Both the position numbers and the translations under genes were made by a program. 64,000 bases of DNA, from the NCBI GenBank assembly GCA_016207405.1, contig JACQPQ010000021.1, forward strand, positions 4,936 through 68,935, in the 5' to 3' direction. Source of the DNA: Gammaproteobacteria bacterium (GTDB lineage: Bacteria; Pseudomonadota; Gammaproteobacteria; JACQPQ01). Shown in pieces: positions 19,003-29,181 of this stretch; the stretch's first letter is position 1, and every line of letters begins with the position of its first letter. A model generated the notes under the pieces. The model saw only the letters and a program-made list of their open reading frames with translations, ran no database searches and had not been told where the DNA came from.

Positions 19003-20402
19003 AAAATTTTCTCCTTCTTGTTGTGGTTTCCTCTATATATGTTTTCCAAAGCTTTCAACATTGAGCTTACTTTATGAAAAGTCTCTTGATACTCTGCATC
19101 AAGTGTGGAGTCTACTACGATTCCACCTCCCGCCCAACAGTGAATACTGTTTTGACTGCATACCAAGGTGCGAATGGCAATATTCATATTCATTTTCCCG
19201 CTCGTGCTGATATATCCCAGTGAACCGGTGTACAGAGAACGCCGATGAGGCTCTAAGTTTTCAATAATTTCCATGGCACGAATTTTGGGCGCTCCGGTTA
19301 CCGATCCCCCCGGAAAACAATTTCGGAAGAGCTCCAGAGCGCCCTTGTCACTTGCAAGCTCACCGGTGACATGGCTTACCATATGATGAACATTCTTCAA
19401 TCGTTCTAGAGCAAACAGTTCTGGGACTCGGATGCTTCCAAATTTGCAGCTTTTGCCTAAGTCATTCCTAAGAAGATCAACGATCATGAGGTTTTCAGCC
19501 CGATCTTTTTCGCTGGTATATAGTTCTTCGTATAAACTATGATCTTGTTTAGGTTCGCTTGAACGAGGCCGCGTGCCTTTAATCGGAGAAGTTTTAACGT
19601 AAGGGGGTGTGACCTCTAAAAAACGTTCGGGGGAAAGGCAGAGAACACTCCCCCACGGTATTCTGAAAAAGGCAGAAAAAGCACCTGGGTTAATAGATCT
19701 TAAAGTTTTGTAAGCGAGCCAGGACTCACCCCTGTAAATCGAAGAAAATCGTTGAGCTAAATTTACTTGGTAGCAATCTCCTTCTTTTAAATGGTGGGCA
19801 ATGGTGTAAAAGGCGTGTTTGTAAAAATCATAAGTCATATTGGAGTAAAAAGGGGCATCTAGGGAGAAATGCGAAGATGGCCTGTAAATAGGGGCACCTA
19901 GCAGGCTTTTGAATGGCAGTTTTGTTGTGCCTAAAGAATGAGAGGCGCTGACACAGTAAGTACGTTGTTCGACATGATCGACAATAATCGCCCAGTCGTA
20001 AAAACCTACCGCCATTTCAGGCAGTAGGATATCTGCGGTGCTAAGGGTCGGTAGCACCTCTAACTGCCAAGCGAGATCATAAGCGAAATAGCCTAGCGCG
20101 CCTCCTTGAAAGGGTAAGAATGGATGAATGGATTGAGGGGGCGGCTGTTTTTCCAATTCCTCCTTAAGAACTAACCATGGAGACTGCCGGACTTGCTTTT
20201 TTAAATCTTTGGTTTCAATGAATACTTTATTCTTCCAAGCCGTTATGGTTTTAAAAGGATTAGCGGAGAGAATATCATAACGCCCTGCCGGAGTATTTAA
20301 ATACGGTTGGCAACTATCCAAAAAAATAGGCCATCGGTAAGGAAGTAGCTCTTCTGCGAGAAGGGTACTGTCTTCGTGGTAAGAAAGTTCGGTAAGGTGC
20401 AT
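18969..20402 (-). CDS. pabB: Aminodeoxychorismate synthase component I
   Basis: Motifs GDCYQVNLAQRF, SPERFL, PIKGTRPR, KDRAENLMIVDLLRND, FPGGSVTGAPK.RAM. Confidence 0.96.
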   Translation of the reverse strand: MHLTELSYHEDSTLLAEELLPYRWPIFLDSCQPYLNTPAGRYDILSANPFKTITAWKNKVFIETKDLKKQVRQSPWLVLKEELEKQPPPQSIHPFLPFQGGALGYFAYDLAWQLEVLPTLSTADILLPEMAVGFYDWAIIVDHVEQRTYCVSASHSLGTTKLPFKSLLGAPIYRPSSHFSLDAPFYSNMTYDFYKHAFYTIAHHLKEGDCYQVNLAQRFSSIYRGESWLAYKTLRSINPGAFSAFFRIPWGSVLCLSPERFLEVTPPYVKTSPIKGTRPRSSEPKQDHSLYEELYTSEKDRAENLMIVDLLRNDLGKSCKFGSIRVPELFALERLKNVHHMVSHVTGELASDKGALELFRNCFPGGSVTGAPKIRAMEIIENLEPHRRSLYTGSLGYISTSGKMNMNIAIRTLVCSQNSIHCWAGGGIVVDSTLDAEYQETFHKVSSMLKALENIYRGNHNKKEKILCDKPIMGSQT

Positions 20403-20473
20403 GGCTGTTCTAAAGGGTCAAATTAAACATAGTAAGGGCTGGCACGTTTTTGTGTAATCCCTCATTGATGGGG

Positions 20474-20665
20474 GGTAGTTTGCTGTGTATTTACCGCTGC
20501 CTGCTGCTCGCTAAAAGTCCCCTGCGCTCCTAGAATTTTTCCGGCCGCACACATTCGGCATCCTGCCTCATGTGTGCTAAAAATGCGTCCTGCATTTTTT
20601 CCGGAAAAATTCTACGTCGCTCGGGGACGCTCGCAAAGGCAGCGGTAAATACACAGCAAACCACC
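20474..20665. repeat. ~190-nt multi-stem palindromic element, copy 1
   Basis: Perfect 25-bp outer inverted repeat (gtttgctgtgtatttaccgctgcct). The core is shared with 37952-38145. Confidence 0.85.
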
Positions 20666-20691
20666 CTCCCCACCAATTCTAGGCTAGGGGA

Positions 20692-21966
20692 TCAGGAGGT
20701 GGCTAGCTGTGCCTGTAAGAAGCGATGAAGATCAGAAAGCAGAATAAGCTGTGGCTGTTTTGTTTTGCGATGTCGATATTCAACGCTATTTTGTGCAAGC
20801 GTTTTTTCACTCACGACGAGGCGATGGGGAATGCCTATGAGGTCGCTCGTTGCAAGTAGCACGCCTGGACTCTCCGCACGGTCATCCAGAGCGACAGTCC
20901 ATCCGCTTTGAATCAAATCCGCATAAAGCTTTTCGGAAATTCCCTGTACCTCTCGTGAACGATGAAACCCAATCGGCACGATGATAACCTGAAAGGGCGC
21001 AAGAGCGTCCCCCCATATAATGCCAGCGGGATCATGATTTTGCTCGACGGCGGCTGCCACAATACGAGAAATACCAATGCCATAACACCCCATCGTCAGA
21101 ACAGGTGCCTCGCCTTTTTCATTTAAAACGGTTGCCTTTAGAGATTCGCTATACTTTGTGCCGAGTTGAAAGATGTGTCCTACTTCAATGCCTTTAGCAA
21201 TAGAAAGAATGCCTTCCCCATCAGGACTTCTCTCGCCTTCTTTTAAGTGACGAACTTCAGGACAATTGATGTTGCTTGCAAAATCGCTTTCTGTGGAATA
21301 AATAAGTGTGTCTTCTCCAGAGTTTGCTAAAACGTGAAACTCGTGGGATAAATTACCTCCCATAGTTCCCGAATCCGCTTTGACCATCCTAAATTGAAGG
21401 CCCAATCGTGTAAAAATAGTCTGGTAGGCCCCTCGCATAGCTTGGTAGGTGTTGGAAAGACATTCTTTGGTTAGATGAAATGAATAAGCATCTTTCATCA
21501 AGAATTCACGGGCGCGCATTACGCCAAAACGCGGTCGGATTTCATCTCGGAATTTTGTTTGAATTTGATAGAGTATGATGGGAAGCTGTTTATGACTTCG
21601 GAGCTCCCTTCTTGCAAGATCAGTAATGACTTCTTCGTGGGTAGGTCCCAAACAAAATTCGTGTTTGTTTCTGTCCTGAAACCGGAGCAATTCGGGACCA
21701 AATTTATCCCAGCGACCTGACTCTTTCCATAATTCGGCAGGTTGTACCGTAGGCATTAAGATCTCTTGCGCACCGATACGGTTCATTTCTTCCCGCACAC
21801 ACGCCTCAACGTTCCGTAGAACCCGTAAACCCAGTGGTAACCAGGTATAAAGCCCTGAAGCGAGCTTACGGACGAGGCCCGCACGCAACATGAGCTGATG
21901 GCTGATAAGCTCCGCATCCGAAGGTGTTTCTTTCAAATGAGCCAATAAAAAGTGAGAGCATCGCAT
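20692..21966 (-). CDS. proS: Proline--tRNA ligase, bacterial type, lacking the INS editing domain
   Basis: Motifs [63 protein letters not shown]; only 424 aa. Confidence 0.97.
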   Translation of the reverse strand: MRCSHFLLAHLKETPSDAELISHQLMLRAGLVRKLASGLYTWLPLGLRVLRNVEACVREEMNRIGAQEILMPTVQPAELWKESGRWDKFGPELLRFQDRNKHEFCLGPTHEEVITDLARRELRSHKQLPIILYQIQTKFRDEIRPRFGVMRAREFLMKDAYSFHLTKECLSNTYQAMRGAYQTIFTRLGLQFRMVKADSGTMGGNLSHEFHVLANSGEDTLIYSTESDFASNINCPEVRHLKEGERSPDGEGILSIAKGIEVGHIFQLGTKYSESLKATVLNEKGEAPVLTMGCYGIGISRIVAAAVEQNHDPAGIIWGDALAPFQVIIVPIGFHRSREVQGISEKLYADLIQSGWTVALDDRAESPGVLLATSDLIGIPHRLVVSEKTLAQNSVEYRHRKTKQPQLILLSDLHRFLQAQLATS

Positions 21967-22246
21967 AGTGGTGTTACTTTAACACTGAAAATTCATCTCT
22001 TGATGGGTATACACTCCGTGAATGAGATTTAGGTTTTTCACAATACTTCAAAAATAGTTTGTTCTAAAAACGTTTGCCAAGGTAATATTTCGATAGCGTA
22101 TCTTCTAAAATGTCATAGTATCCTTACACGGCCTTAGATGAAACACCACATTCTCGAGCAATATGGTTGTCATTTGTAATTTCTGTAAAACCAGCGGCGG
22201 CTAATTCTAAAAGAATTTTGAGTCTTGTGCACGGCTTTGTTAGTCT

Positions 22247-23662
22247 ATGCCCATTATGATCAAAACTCGCTTCGCCCCAAGCCCAACTGGAAAAATGCAC
22301 CTTGGCAATATTCGAACGGCCTTGTTTAACGTGCTATTCGCCCAAAAAATGAAAGGGTGCTTTGTGCTTCGGATCGAAGACACCGATAAAGAGCGCTCTA
22401 ATCCTCTTTACACGGAACATATTCAAGAAGATTTAAAATGGTTAGGGTTAGAATGGCAAGAAGGCCCTGGTGTTGGGGGGCCTTTCGCGCCTTATTTTCA
22501 GTCGGAAAGACAGACACTTTACCATGCGCATTACCAAACGCTCATCGGAAAAAATCTTGCTTACCCCTGTTTTTGTACGGATAGTGAGCTTGCATGGAGT
22601 CGAAAAGCCCAGTTAGCCAAAGGCCATCCTCCCCGCTATACAGGACTATGCCGCCAGTTGCAGGCGCACCAAATTCAAAACAAATTCTCGAGTGGAGAAA
22701 AACCCACGTTGCGTTTTAAAGTCCCTGAAAATGAAACCATCCATTTTCAAGATTTAATCAAGGGGGCGCAAACCTTTCAAACGAATTCTATTGGGGATTT
22801 TATTATTCGCCGTAGCGATCAAACTGCCCCCTTTTTATTTTGCAATGCAGTAGATGATGCGCTGATGCAGATTACCCATGTTATTCGGGGCGAAGACCAT
22901 CTTGCCAATACGCCCCGGCAAATCTTGCTTCTTACGGCTTTAAATTTATCTGTTCCGCTTTATGCGCATATTCCGCTTGTACTGGGCCAAGGCAATAGTC
23001 CGCTTTCAAAGCGAAGTGAAAGCCAAACGGTGTCAGAGCTGCGTGAGGTAGGATTTTTTCCGCTCGCCATTTTGAATTATCTGGCCAGACTAGGGCATGC
23101 GTATGACACACAGGGGTTTCTTTCCCGGAGCGAGTTAGCCAATGGGTTTGATTTTGAGCGTTTTAGTGTCTCTGCCGCACACTTTGATGATCTACATCTT
23201 GAACATTGGCAGAAAAACGCACTCTTAAAAAACGCCTTTGAAGACATTTGGCAATGGCTTCCTCTGGATGTCCAAGTGCTTGTTCCCACCCCCCACAAGG
23301 AGACTTTTGTTTCTCTACTTCGATTTAATGTAAAAAATAGTGCGGAAGTCAAATGTTTGGCTAAGCAGCTTTTTTCTGATCCACTTGCCTGGCAAGAAGA
23401 CGCTCAAAAAATCATTCAGGAAACTCCAAAAGCTTTATTTGAGGCCGCGCTGGTGGCCTTTGAACGATATCCGCATGATTATGCAAAAGCCTCTTTTCTT
23501 ATTTCAGAAAAAACGCAGTTCAAGGGTAAGTCTCTTCATCAGCCGATTCGAGCCGCTCTTTTGGGTGCGCTCCATGGACCTGAATTAAAAGAAAGTATTC
23601 CTTTATTAAAGCAAGAGAGTATTTTGTCTCGACTCAAACAAGCGTTGGTGGTGGCTCTTTAA
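22247..23662 (+). CDS. gltX: Glutamate--tRNA ligase
   Basis: Motifs TRFAPSPTG.MHLGN, LRIEDTD, ITHVIRGEDH, LSKR, GPEL; anticodon domain present. Confidence 0.95.
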   Translation: MPIMIKTRFAPSPTGKMHLGNIRTALFNVLFAQKMKGCFVLRIEDTDKERSNPLYTEHIQEDLKWLGLEWQEGPGVGGPFAPYFQSERQTLYHAHYQTLIGKNLAYPCFCTDSELAWSRKAQLAKGHPPRYTGLCRQLQAHQIQNKFSSGEKPTLRFKVPENETIHFQDLIKGAQTFQTNSIGDFIIRRSDQTAPFLFCNAVDDALMQITHVIRGEDHLANTPRQILLLTALNLSVPLYAHIPLVLGQGNSPLSKRSESQTVSELREVGFFPLAILNYLARLGHAYDTQGFLSRSELANGFDFERFSVSAAHFDDLHLEHWQKNALLKNAFEDIWQWLPLDVQVLVPTPHKETFVSLLRFNVKNSAEVKCLAKQLFSDPLAWQEDAQKIIQETPKALFEAALVAFERYPHDYAKASFLISEKTQFKGKSLHQPIRAALLGALHGPELKESIPLLKQESILSRLKQALVVAL

Positions 23663-23663
23663 T

Positions 23664-25052
23664 ATGTTGCACCTCTACAATTCCCTCACTCGAAAAAAAG
23701 AACCGTTTCATCCGCTTCGCGCGCAGCAAGTTAAACTCTACGTGTGCGGCATGACCGTTTACGATTTTTGCCATCTGGGACATGCGCGCGTTTTAGTGAT
23801 TTTTGATGTCTTGACACGCTATTTACGTTCAGCTGGATTAGAAGTCACTTACGTGCGGAACATTACCGATCTGGACGACAAAATCATCCAGCGTGCAAAA
23901 GACAATAGCGAATCGGTTAAAACCTTAACTGACCGCTTTATTGCGGCCCTTCGAGAAGACGAAAAGGCGCTGTATGTTCTTCCCCCCACCCGTTGCCCTA
24001 GGGCAACGGAATATATCCAAGAGATGCTTACCCTGATCCAAACTTTGGTAGAAAAAAAATATGCCTATGTTGTTGATAATGGCGATGTGTATTTTGATGT
24101 GCATCGCTTCACACCCTACGGAAAATTGTCTAAAAAAACAGTATCTGAGTTAATGGCAGGCGCGCGGGTAGAAATAGACCTTCACAAACATTCTCCTGTC
24201 GATTTTGCTTTATGGAAAGCGGCAAAGCCGGATGAACCGAGTTGGAAATCTCCTTGGGGGTATGGTCGACCGGGATGGCACATTGAGTGTTCCGCGATGG
24301 CTATGGCTTGTCTTGGAAACACCTTTGACCTTCATGGGGGCGGCATTGATTTGCAATTTCCCCATCATGAAAATGAAATCGCCCAGTCAGAAGCAGCGAC
24401 TGGGGAACCTTTCGTTAAGCGGTGGATGCATGTGGGGTTTGTGGAGGTGAATCAAGAAAAGATGTCCAAGTCCCTGGGGAATTTTTTTACCGTCCGTGAA
24501 CTTTTGGCCAAGTTTCCAGCAGAGGCTATTCGGTATCTTATTTTAAGCAGCCACTACCGGAGTCCCTTGAATTACAGTGAAGACCAACTGCATACTGCAG
24601 GCCAGAACGTCGAAAAATTTTATCTCGCACTGCGTGATCTTCCTTCCCTCACGGGTAAAGTGCCTACGTTTTTAAACTCTTCTTACGAAAGCGCTTTCCA
24701 TCAAGCTATGGAAGATGACTTGAATACGCCGGAAGCGTTATCCGTACTCCATGCACTGGTGCATGAGATCAATAAACACAAAGGAGAAGAAAAAGCAGTT
24801 CCGCTGGCTCTTTTATTGAAGTCTTTGGCTAATGTCCTAGGGTTACTCCAACAGGAACCGAATGAATTTCTTCGAGCGCATCATGCACACGAAACCTTAA
24901 AGGATTCTGAAATTGAAAAGCTGATTCAGGAACGCAATGAGGCTCGGCACAAAAAAGACTGGCGAAAAGCAGATAGTATTCGAACACACTTAGAGGCACA
25001 GGGCATTATTTTAGAAGATGGATCCGCCCATACGCTTTGGAGAAGAAGGTAA
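23664..25052 (+). CDS. cysS: Cysteine--tRNA ligase
   Basis: Motifs YVCG.TVYD..HLGH, DFALWK, GRPGWHIECSAM, FPHHENE, KMSKSLGN. Confidence 0.99.
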   Translation: MLHLYNSLTRKKEPFHPLRAQQVKLYVCGMTVYDFCHLGHARVLVIFDVLTRYLRSAGLEVTYVRNITDLDDKIIQRAKDNSESVKTLTDRFIAALREDEKALYVLPPTRCPRATEYIQEMLTLIQTLVEKKYAYVVDNGDVYFDVHRFTPYGKLSKKTVSELMAGARVEIDLHKHSPVDFALWKAAKPDEPSWKSPWGYGRPGWHIECSAMAMACLGNTFDLHGGGIDLQFPHHENEIAQSEAATGEPFVKRWMHVGFVEVNQEKMSKSLGNFFTVRELLAKFPAEAIRYLILSSHYRSPLNYSEDQLHTAGQNVEKFYLALRDLPSLTGKVPTFLNSSYESAFHQAMEDDLNTPEALSVLHALVHEINKHKGEEKAVPLALLLKSLANVLGLLQQEPNEFLRAHHAHETLKDSEIEKLIQERNEARHKKDWRKADSIRTHLEAQGIILEDGSAHTLWRRR

Positions 25053-25061
25053 TCCTAATAG

Positions 25062-25385
25062 CTAGGCTCTAGAAACGTTTAGTCGAAATCCTAAAGCATT
25101 GACAATAGCTCCTAGGGTTTGCAATCGTGGGTTTCCATTGGCAGAAAGTGTTTTATAAAGTGCTTGCCGATTCATATGCACCTTCTCAGCAAGTGCCCCC
25201 ATACTCCCTTCCGCTTTTGCTATATGCCGTAATGCCAATAAAAAGGCTTCCATGTTATTGTCATCTTGAAAGGCTTCAAGGGAGGCTTCCAGGTAGTTTT
25301 CCGCTTCTCTTTTATTTTTCAAATCTTGAATAAGCGCATCTTCATAAAGTAGTGTCTTACACTTTAAGGCCATTTTTTTATTCAT
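25062..25385 (-). CDS. Addiction module antidote protein (HTH antitoxin)
   Basis: YL...L.......FLLALR.IAKA.G.M..LA.K..MNRQALYKTLS.NGNP.L.TL..I..ALG is the typical antidote-family pattern. Confidence 0.9.
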   Translation of the reverse strand: MNKKMALKCKTLLYEDALIQDLKNKREAENYLEASLEAFQDDNNMEAFLLALRHIAKAEGSMGALAEKVHMNRQALYKTLSANGNPRLQTLGAIVNALGFRLNVSRA

Positions 25386-25611
25386 GCCTGATTCCTTCTC
25401 CAAAATAAATTCGATACCCTGCTCCAAAAGCCAGCCTCAATTCATAGATCCCAGAGCTAATAGGCTTATAATCTCCATAATGGCCAACGGCCAATCTATC
25501 TAATCTTGCCCGAATTCTTGAACGGGTTTTGGGATCTTTTAAACCGCGCAACCATTCCAAAAACGGCTGCTTCCCAGAAATGGCGGTATAGATATGTAAT
25601 TCCCTTAACAT
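25378..25611 (-). pseudogene. RelE/ParE-like addiction module killer toxin, C-terminally truncated
   Basis: GK.PF.EWL..LKD....RI.ARL.RL..G..GD.K....GIYELR..FG.GYRIYFG, then a stop. The usual LL.GGDK..Q tail is absent. Confidence 0.75.
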
Positions 25612-25672
25612 ATCTGATTGTCGTAAAAAAGCGACAATTTGTCAAGGATTTTAAAACTTCTATTTTCTGCCT

Positions 25673-26305
25673 TTATTGCAAAGACTCATCAATACTCCAA
25701 AAGGGTGATAAGTAGCGAGGAGAAGCGTACTGGATTTCTATACGAACTTTCCTATCGAGCCTCTTGGGGATCCCCAGTCGCAATACGCCTTTTTCTAACG
25801 TCCATTCATAGACGCGAACAAATTGTTCGGTTGAAACTTCTTGCTCTAAATTTTGGCTAAACATACGAGGCTCCCCCATTCCTCGTTCATAGAAAAAACT
25901 TGGACGACCATATCGGCGATGAAGGTTATTCAAAACTGTCGCAAAAATCTGTTCATTGTCCTTTAGATCTCCCATCTCTTCAAAGTCGAGAATAAGGGCC
26001 GATTTAACCAGTTGCGCTTGGTCAACCATTAAAACCAGGCGTTGCCGCTGTGCGAGTTCTTCGAACAAACGTACTTCATACATCACACGGTGGCTTGGCA
26101 AAGAAAACGCACCTGAAATGCCTTCTTTTTCCAATAGGCTCTGGACCGTTTCCATAGTCATGCCAGGCTCTAATCGCGTTAAAAGAATAGGGTTTGTAAC
26201 GGTTCGGAAAGCGGTTTTTAGGGAAGGATCGGTTTCAAAAGAAGCACAGCCGGCTAAGAATAAAACTACCATAAAGAGCGTAATACGAGAATGGTTTTGA
26301 TGCAT
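25673..26305 (-). CDS. Hypothetical lipoprotein
   Basis: AGGAGG RBS before ATG 26305; hydrophobic stretch and LAGC lipobox. Confidence 0.75.
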   Translation of the reverse strand: MHQNHSRITLFMVVLFLAGCASFETDPSLKTAFRTVTNPILLTRLEPGMTMETVQSLLEKEGISGAFSLPSHRVMYEVRLFEELAQRQRLVLMVDQAQLVKSALILDFEEMGDLKDNEQIFATVLNNLHRRYGRPSFFYERGMGEPRMFSQNLEQEVSTEQFVRVYEWTLEKGVLRLGIPKRLDRKVRIEIQYASPRYLSPFWSIDESLQ

Positions 26306-26397
26306 GTTTGAAACGCCTCCTGCTTTCAAGCATAGCAGAACTTTCAAGTTTTGGGTTTCAAAATATGCCAAATGTGATGTTGTTACTTTGAGGGCTG

Positions 26398-26425
26398 AAA
26401 AAAATGGGCCTCCGGTGGGAGGCCC
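26398..26425 (-). terminator. Rho-independent terminator of the 26445-27212 gene
   Basis: On the minus strand, gggcctcc-cacc-ggaggccc followed by a T-run. Confidence 0.75.
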
Positions 26426-26444
26426 TGCGCGGTAAGAGACTATT

Positions 26445-27212
26445 TTAGGTGGATGTATAGTCCACCGTGATAGCCTCCTGCCAAATCGCTTGGAGGGTGG
26501 CCGGTAACTGCTGTCGGCTCAGCAGCCCGGCACCCTGAATTAGACCGGCGATGAGCGGCACATATTCCATCGGAGCTATGTGCTCGCTCATAAACTCACC
26601 GAACCAACCACGCGTGGTAATCGTGGTAAAGGAATTGGTCCGGTGCCCTGCTCCGTGCAGGGTTACCCCGTCTCCGCGGGGACCCACGATCCGCACCTCG
26701 TGGAGCGGGAGCTCCACTATCGGATCTGTCGGTCCGTCCAGGTTGTAAATCCTGGAGCGGAGCCCTACCAGCTGCTGGAGCAGCTGGAATTGGGTGGGGG
26801 TGACCTGCAGGACAAGGTAACTGCAGGCCTTGTCGTACCCCCACTGGGGCGGTACTTCTAAGTCCCCTTGCAGGGACTTTTTGTACCAAATGGGTTTGGT
26901 TATCCGCCGAAGGCGGTCAGCCTCACCCAGAACCTCAGTGAGGGCCCCCTGTAGGGGGTACACCCTCATCCCCCAGGGGCGGTTGTTTATCACGAATCCT
27001 GTCTCGTGATAAACAAGCCAGGCCTTTTCAGAGAAAAAGGCCGAACCGAGGTCCGGCTTTTTCTCCAAGGTTTGGCCAAGAGCCTCCTCGGAGGAGGCCG
27101 GGGCGAACACGACAAACGTGCCCGATGAGGGAAACCTTCCCTCAACCATTCGGGCAATGGTTGGGGTGAGAGCTTTTATGGCCCAGAGGGCCATATTTTC
27201 CAAGAAACTCAT
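26445..27212 (-). CDS. Hypothetical protein (GC-rich ORFan-like)
   Basis: 255-codon ORF with an AAGGGGGAG RBS before ATG 27212 and its own terminator; no family recognised. Confidence 0.7.
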   Translation of the reverse strand: MSFLENMALWAIKALTPTIARMVEGRFPSSGTFVVFAPASSEEALGQTLEKKPDLGSAFFSEKAWLVYHETGFVINNRPWGMRVYPLQGALTEVLGEADRLRRITKPIWYKKSLQGDLEVPPQWGYDKACSYLVLQVTPTQFQLLQQLVGLRSRIYNLDGPTDPIVELPLHEVRIVGPRGDGVTLHGAGHRTNSFTTITTRGWFGEFMSEHIAPMEYVPLIAGLIQGAGLLSRQQLPATLQAIWQEAITVDYTST

Positions 27213-27719
27213 TTTTTTCTCCCCCTTCCCGTTTAAGGCTTTTGCCACCGTTTGTTAAACGGCCTTTCTGAGGGAGCCCAAAAAAAAGAGGAAAAAACCT
27301 CACGCCTGAGGTTGGAATTTAAAAACAACTGGAGTTAATAACGCCCAGGCGTGAGGAACATCACAAGAAATCTATTTTTGAAAAGGCTTTTTTACGAAGA
27401 AAAACCTTTTTCAAAATAGATTTAAACGCAATGCTCTCCGCCTGGAGAATGCCTTGATATTATAAAAACTGGATGCCAGCTTTTGCTTGCAGGACATGTT
27501 GGGAAGAACCCCACATCCTTTTGGTATGTCTTTTCAGGTTCTAATGGATTTTTATGGGAATAAGTCGTCTTCCACTGACGCTGAGCAGCACTTTAAAACA
27601 AAAAATCAAGTTTTGTCCATGTAAAAAGTGTAAAGAAATGTAAGCATTTGTAACTGCAGTAAGCCTGAGGCCAGCGCAAAATGTGGAAATAGAAACTTTT
27701 TTGCGTGGGGCTACTCTAC

Positions 27720-28580
27720 TTACTGACTCAAGACACCCAAAAAAATACTGGCGCCCACCCACTGGTTATTTAGAAATGCCTGAAAACATCGCTCAGGGTT
27801 TCTAGCACGAATCAACCATTGCTGGTAAAGGAATAAACTTCCCGCACACAAAAGGCCAAGCGTATACTCTGCTTTAAAATGCGAAAGAATCCCAACACCC
27901 CATAACAATAAAAGGGCTGAGCCTTGAAACACTGCGATAATGAGCCTGTCGTAATTTTCAAAGAGAATGGCTGTAGATTTAATCCCTATTTTTAAATCGT
28001 CATTTCGGTCTGTCATGGCATACATCGTGTCAAAAGCGACCGTCCAAAAAAGAGTAGCGCCATAGAGCAAAAACGTTACAGAGGAAAAAGGAGATTGCTG
28101 TGCGGTATAAGCCATAGGAATAGACCATGCAAAAGCAGCTCCCAATACTACTTGAGGCAAATAGGTGATTCGTTTAGTAAAGGGATAGAGGGAAGCCAGT
28201 AAGAGAGCAACCATGGCAAAACCGATGGTTTTTAGATTGGTTTGGGCAACGAGAATACCTGCAATAAGAATAAGAACTGCAAATAGAATCTTGGCTTCTT
28301 GAAGAGAGACTTGGCCTATAACGAGAGGCCTTTGATGAGTTCTGACCACAAAACCATCGTACTTTCTGTCTGCAATGTCATTGATAACACACCCCGCCGC
28401 ACGCATCACCACGACGCCGAGGACAAAAATAATGATGATGCGAACACTCGGATCCCCATTGCCTGCAACCCACACCCCTACCAGCGTTGGCCATAGCAGC
28501 AAAAAAATACCAATAGGTTTATGAAACCGCATCAAGCGAGAGTAATGATACAAACGATTTGGGATGGTAGAGAGGGGCAT
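27720..28580 (-). CDS. ubiA: 4-hydroxybenzoate octaprenyltransferase
   Basis: Motifs R..KPIG..LLLWP, MRAAGCVINDIADR..D..V.RT..RPL, YPFTKR, DT.YAM.DR.DD.KIGIKSTA. Confidence 0.98.
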   Translation of the reverse strand: MPLSTIPNRLYHYSRLMRFHKPIGIFLLLWPTLVGVWVAGNGDPSVRIIIIFVLGVVVMRAAGCVINDIADRKYDGFVVRTHQRPLVIGQVSLQEAKILFAVLILIAGILVAQTNLKTIGFAMVALLLASLYPFTKRITYLPQVVLGAAFAWSIPMAYTAQQSPFSSVTFLLYGATLFWTVAFDTMYAMTDRNDDLKIGIKSTAILFENYDRLIIAVFQGSALLLLWGVGILSHFKAEYTLGLLCAGSLFLYQQWLIRARNPERCFQAFLNNQWVGASIFLGVLSQ

Positions 28581-28613
28581 TAGATGGCTTACATGAGGAG
28601 CACTCGTTAAATT

Positions 28614-28699
28614 GACTATATATAAGTATTCTACTAATATTTAAACGGACTATATATAAGTATTCTACTAATATTTAAACGGACTATATATAAGTATTC
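28614..28699 (+). promoter_or_regulatory. 2.5 tandem copies of a 34-bp AT-rich repeat upstream of mobile mystery protein A; probable operator/promoter
   Basis: gactatatataagtattctactaatatttaaacg twice, plus an 18-nt partial copy ending 5 nt before the ATG. Confidence 0.7.
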
Positions 28700-28704
28700 A
28701 AATT

Positions 28705-29181
28705 ATGAAAACACAAATTTTAGCATTAAAACAATTGGATCGTCGATTAGAATCTTTGCAAGCAGCTAAACCATGTTTTAAATCCTTGAGAGGGGTGTGG
28801 ATTAGAACTATTCGCAAGACCCTGGGGATGACTCTTTCTCAATTAGCGAGTCGTCTGAACGTTAATCGTTCTCGCGTGATTAGAATAGAACAGGATGAGG
28901 TTCGAGAAGCCCTTACTCTAAAGACACTCCATCAAGTATCTGAAGCCTTGGGTTGCGAGCTCGTGTATGCGCTTGTACCAAAATCAACTTTATATAAGGC
29001 AGTGAAACAGCAAGCAAATAAGATAGCCGCACAGAGCTTACGTAGAGTGAGTCACTCTATGGCATTAGAACAGCAGCAGGTCACAGAGCCAGTGCAAGAA
29101 GAAGAATTCCAAGAGTTGGTGAATGAGTTGTTGTCTCGCTCTTTAAAACATCTTTGGGAAGAGAAGGAGAAAAAGCAGTGA
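28705..29181 (+). CDS. Mobile mystery protein A (XRE-type HTH)
   Basis: L..KQLD..L, WIRTIR..LGMT..QLA.RL, E..E.....TL.TL....EALGCELVYALVP, V.HSM.LE.Q, LW. Confidence 0.92.
   Translation: MKTQILALKQLDRRLESLQAAKPCFKSLRGVWIRTIRKTLGMTLSQLASRLNVNRSRVIRIEQDEVREALTLKTLHQVSEALGCELVYALVPKSTLYKAVKQQANKIAAQSLRRVSHSMALEQQQVTEPVQEEEFQELVNELLSRSLKHLWEEKEKKQ

Noticed and set aside
22247..23662. GluQ (glutamyl-Q tRNA-Asp synthetase) as an alternative call
   Set aside because: At 471 aa with the anticodon-binding domain, it is a full GluRS.
28614..28699. 34-bp repeats as a CRISPR array
   Set aside because: The units are directly adjacent with no spacers, and there are no cas genes in the window.
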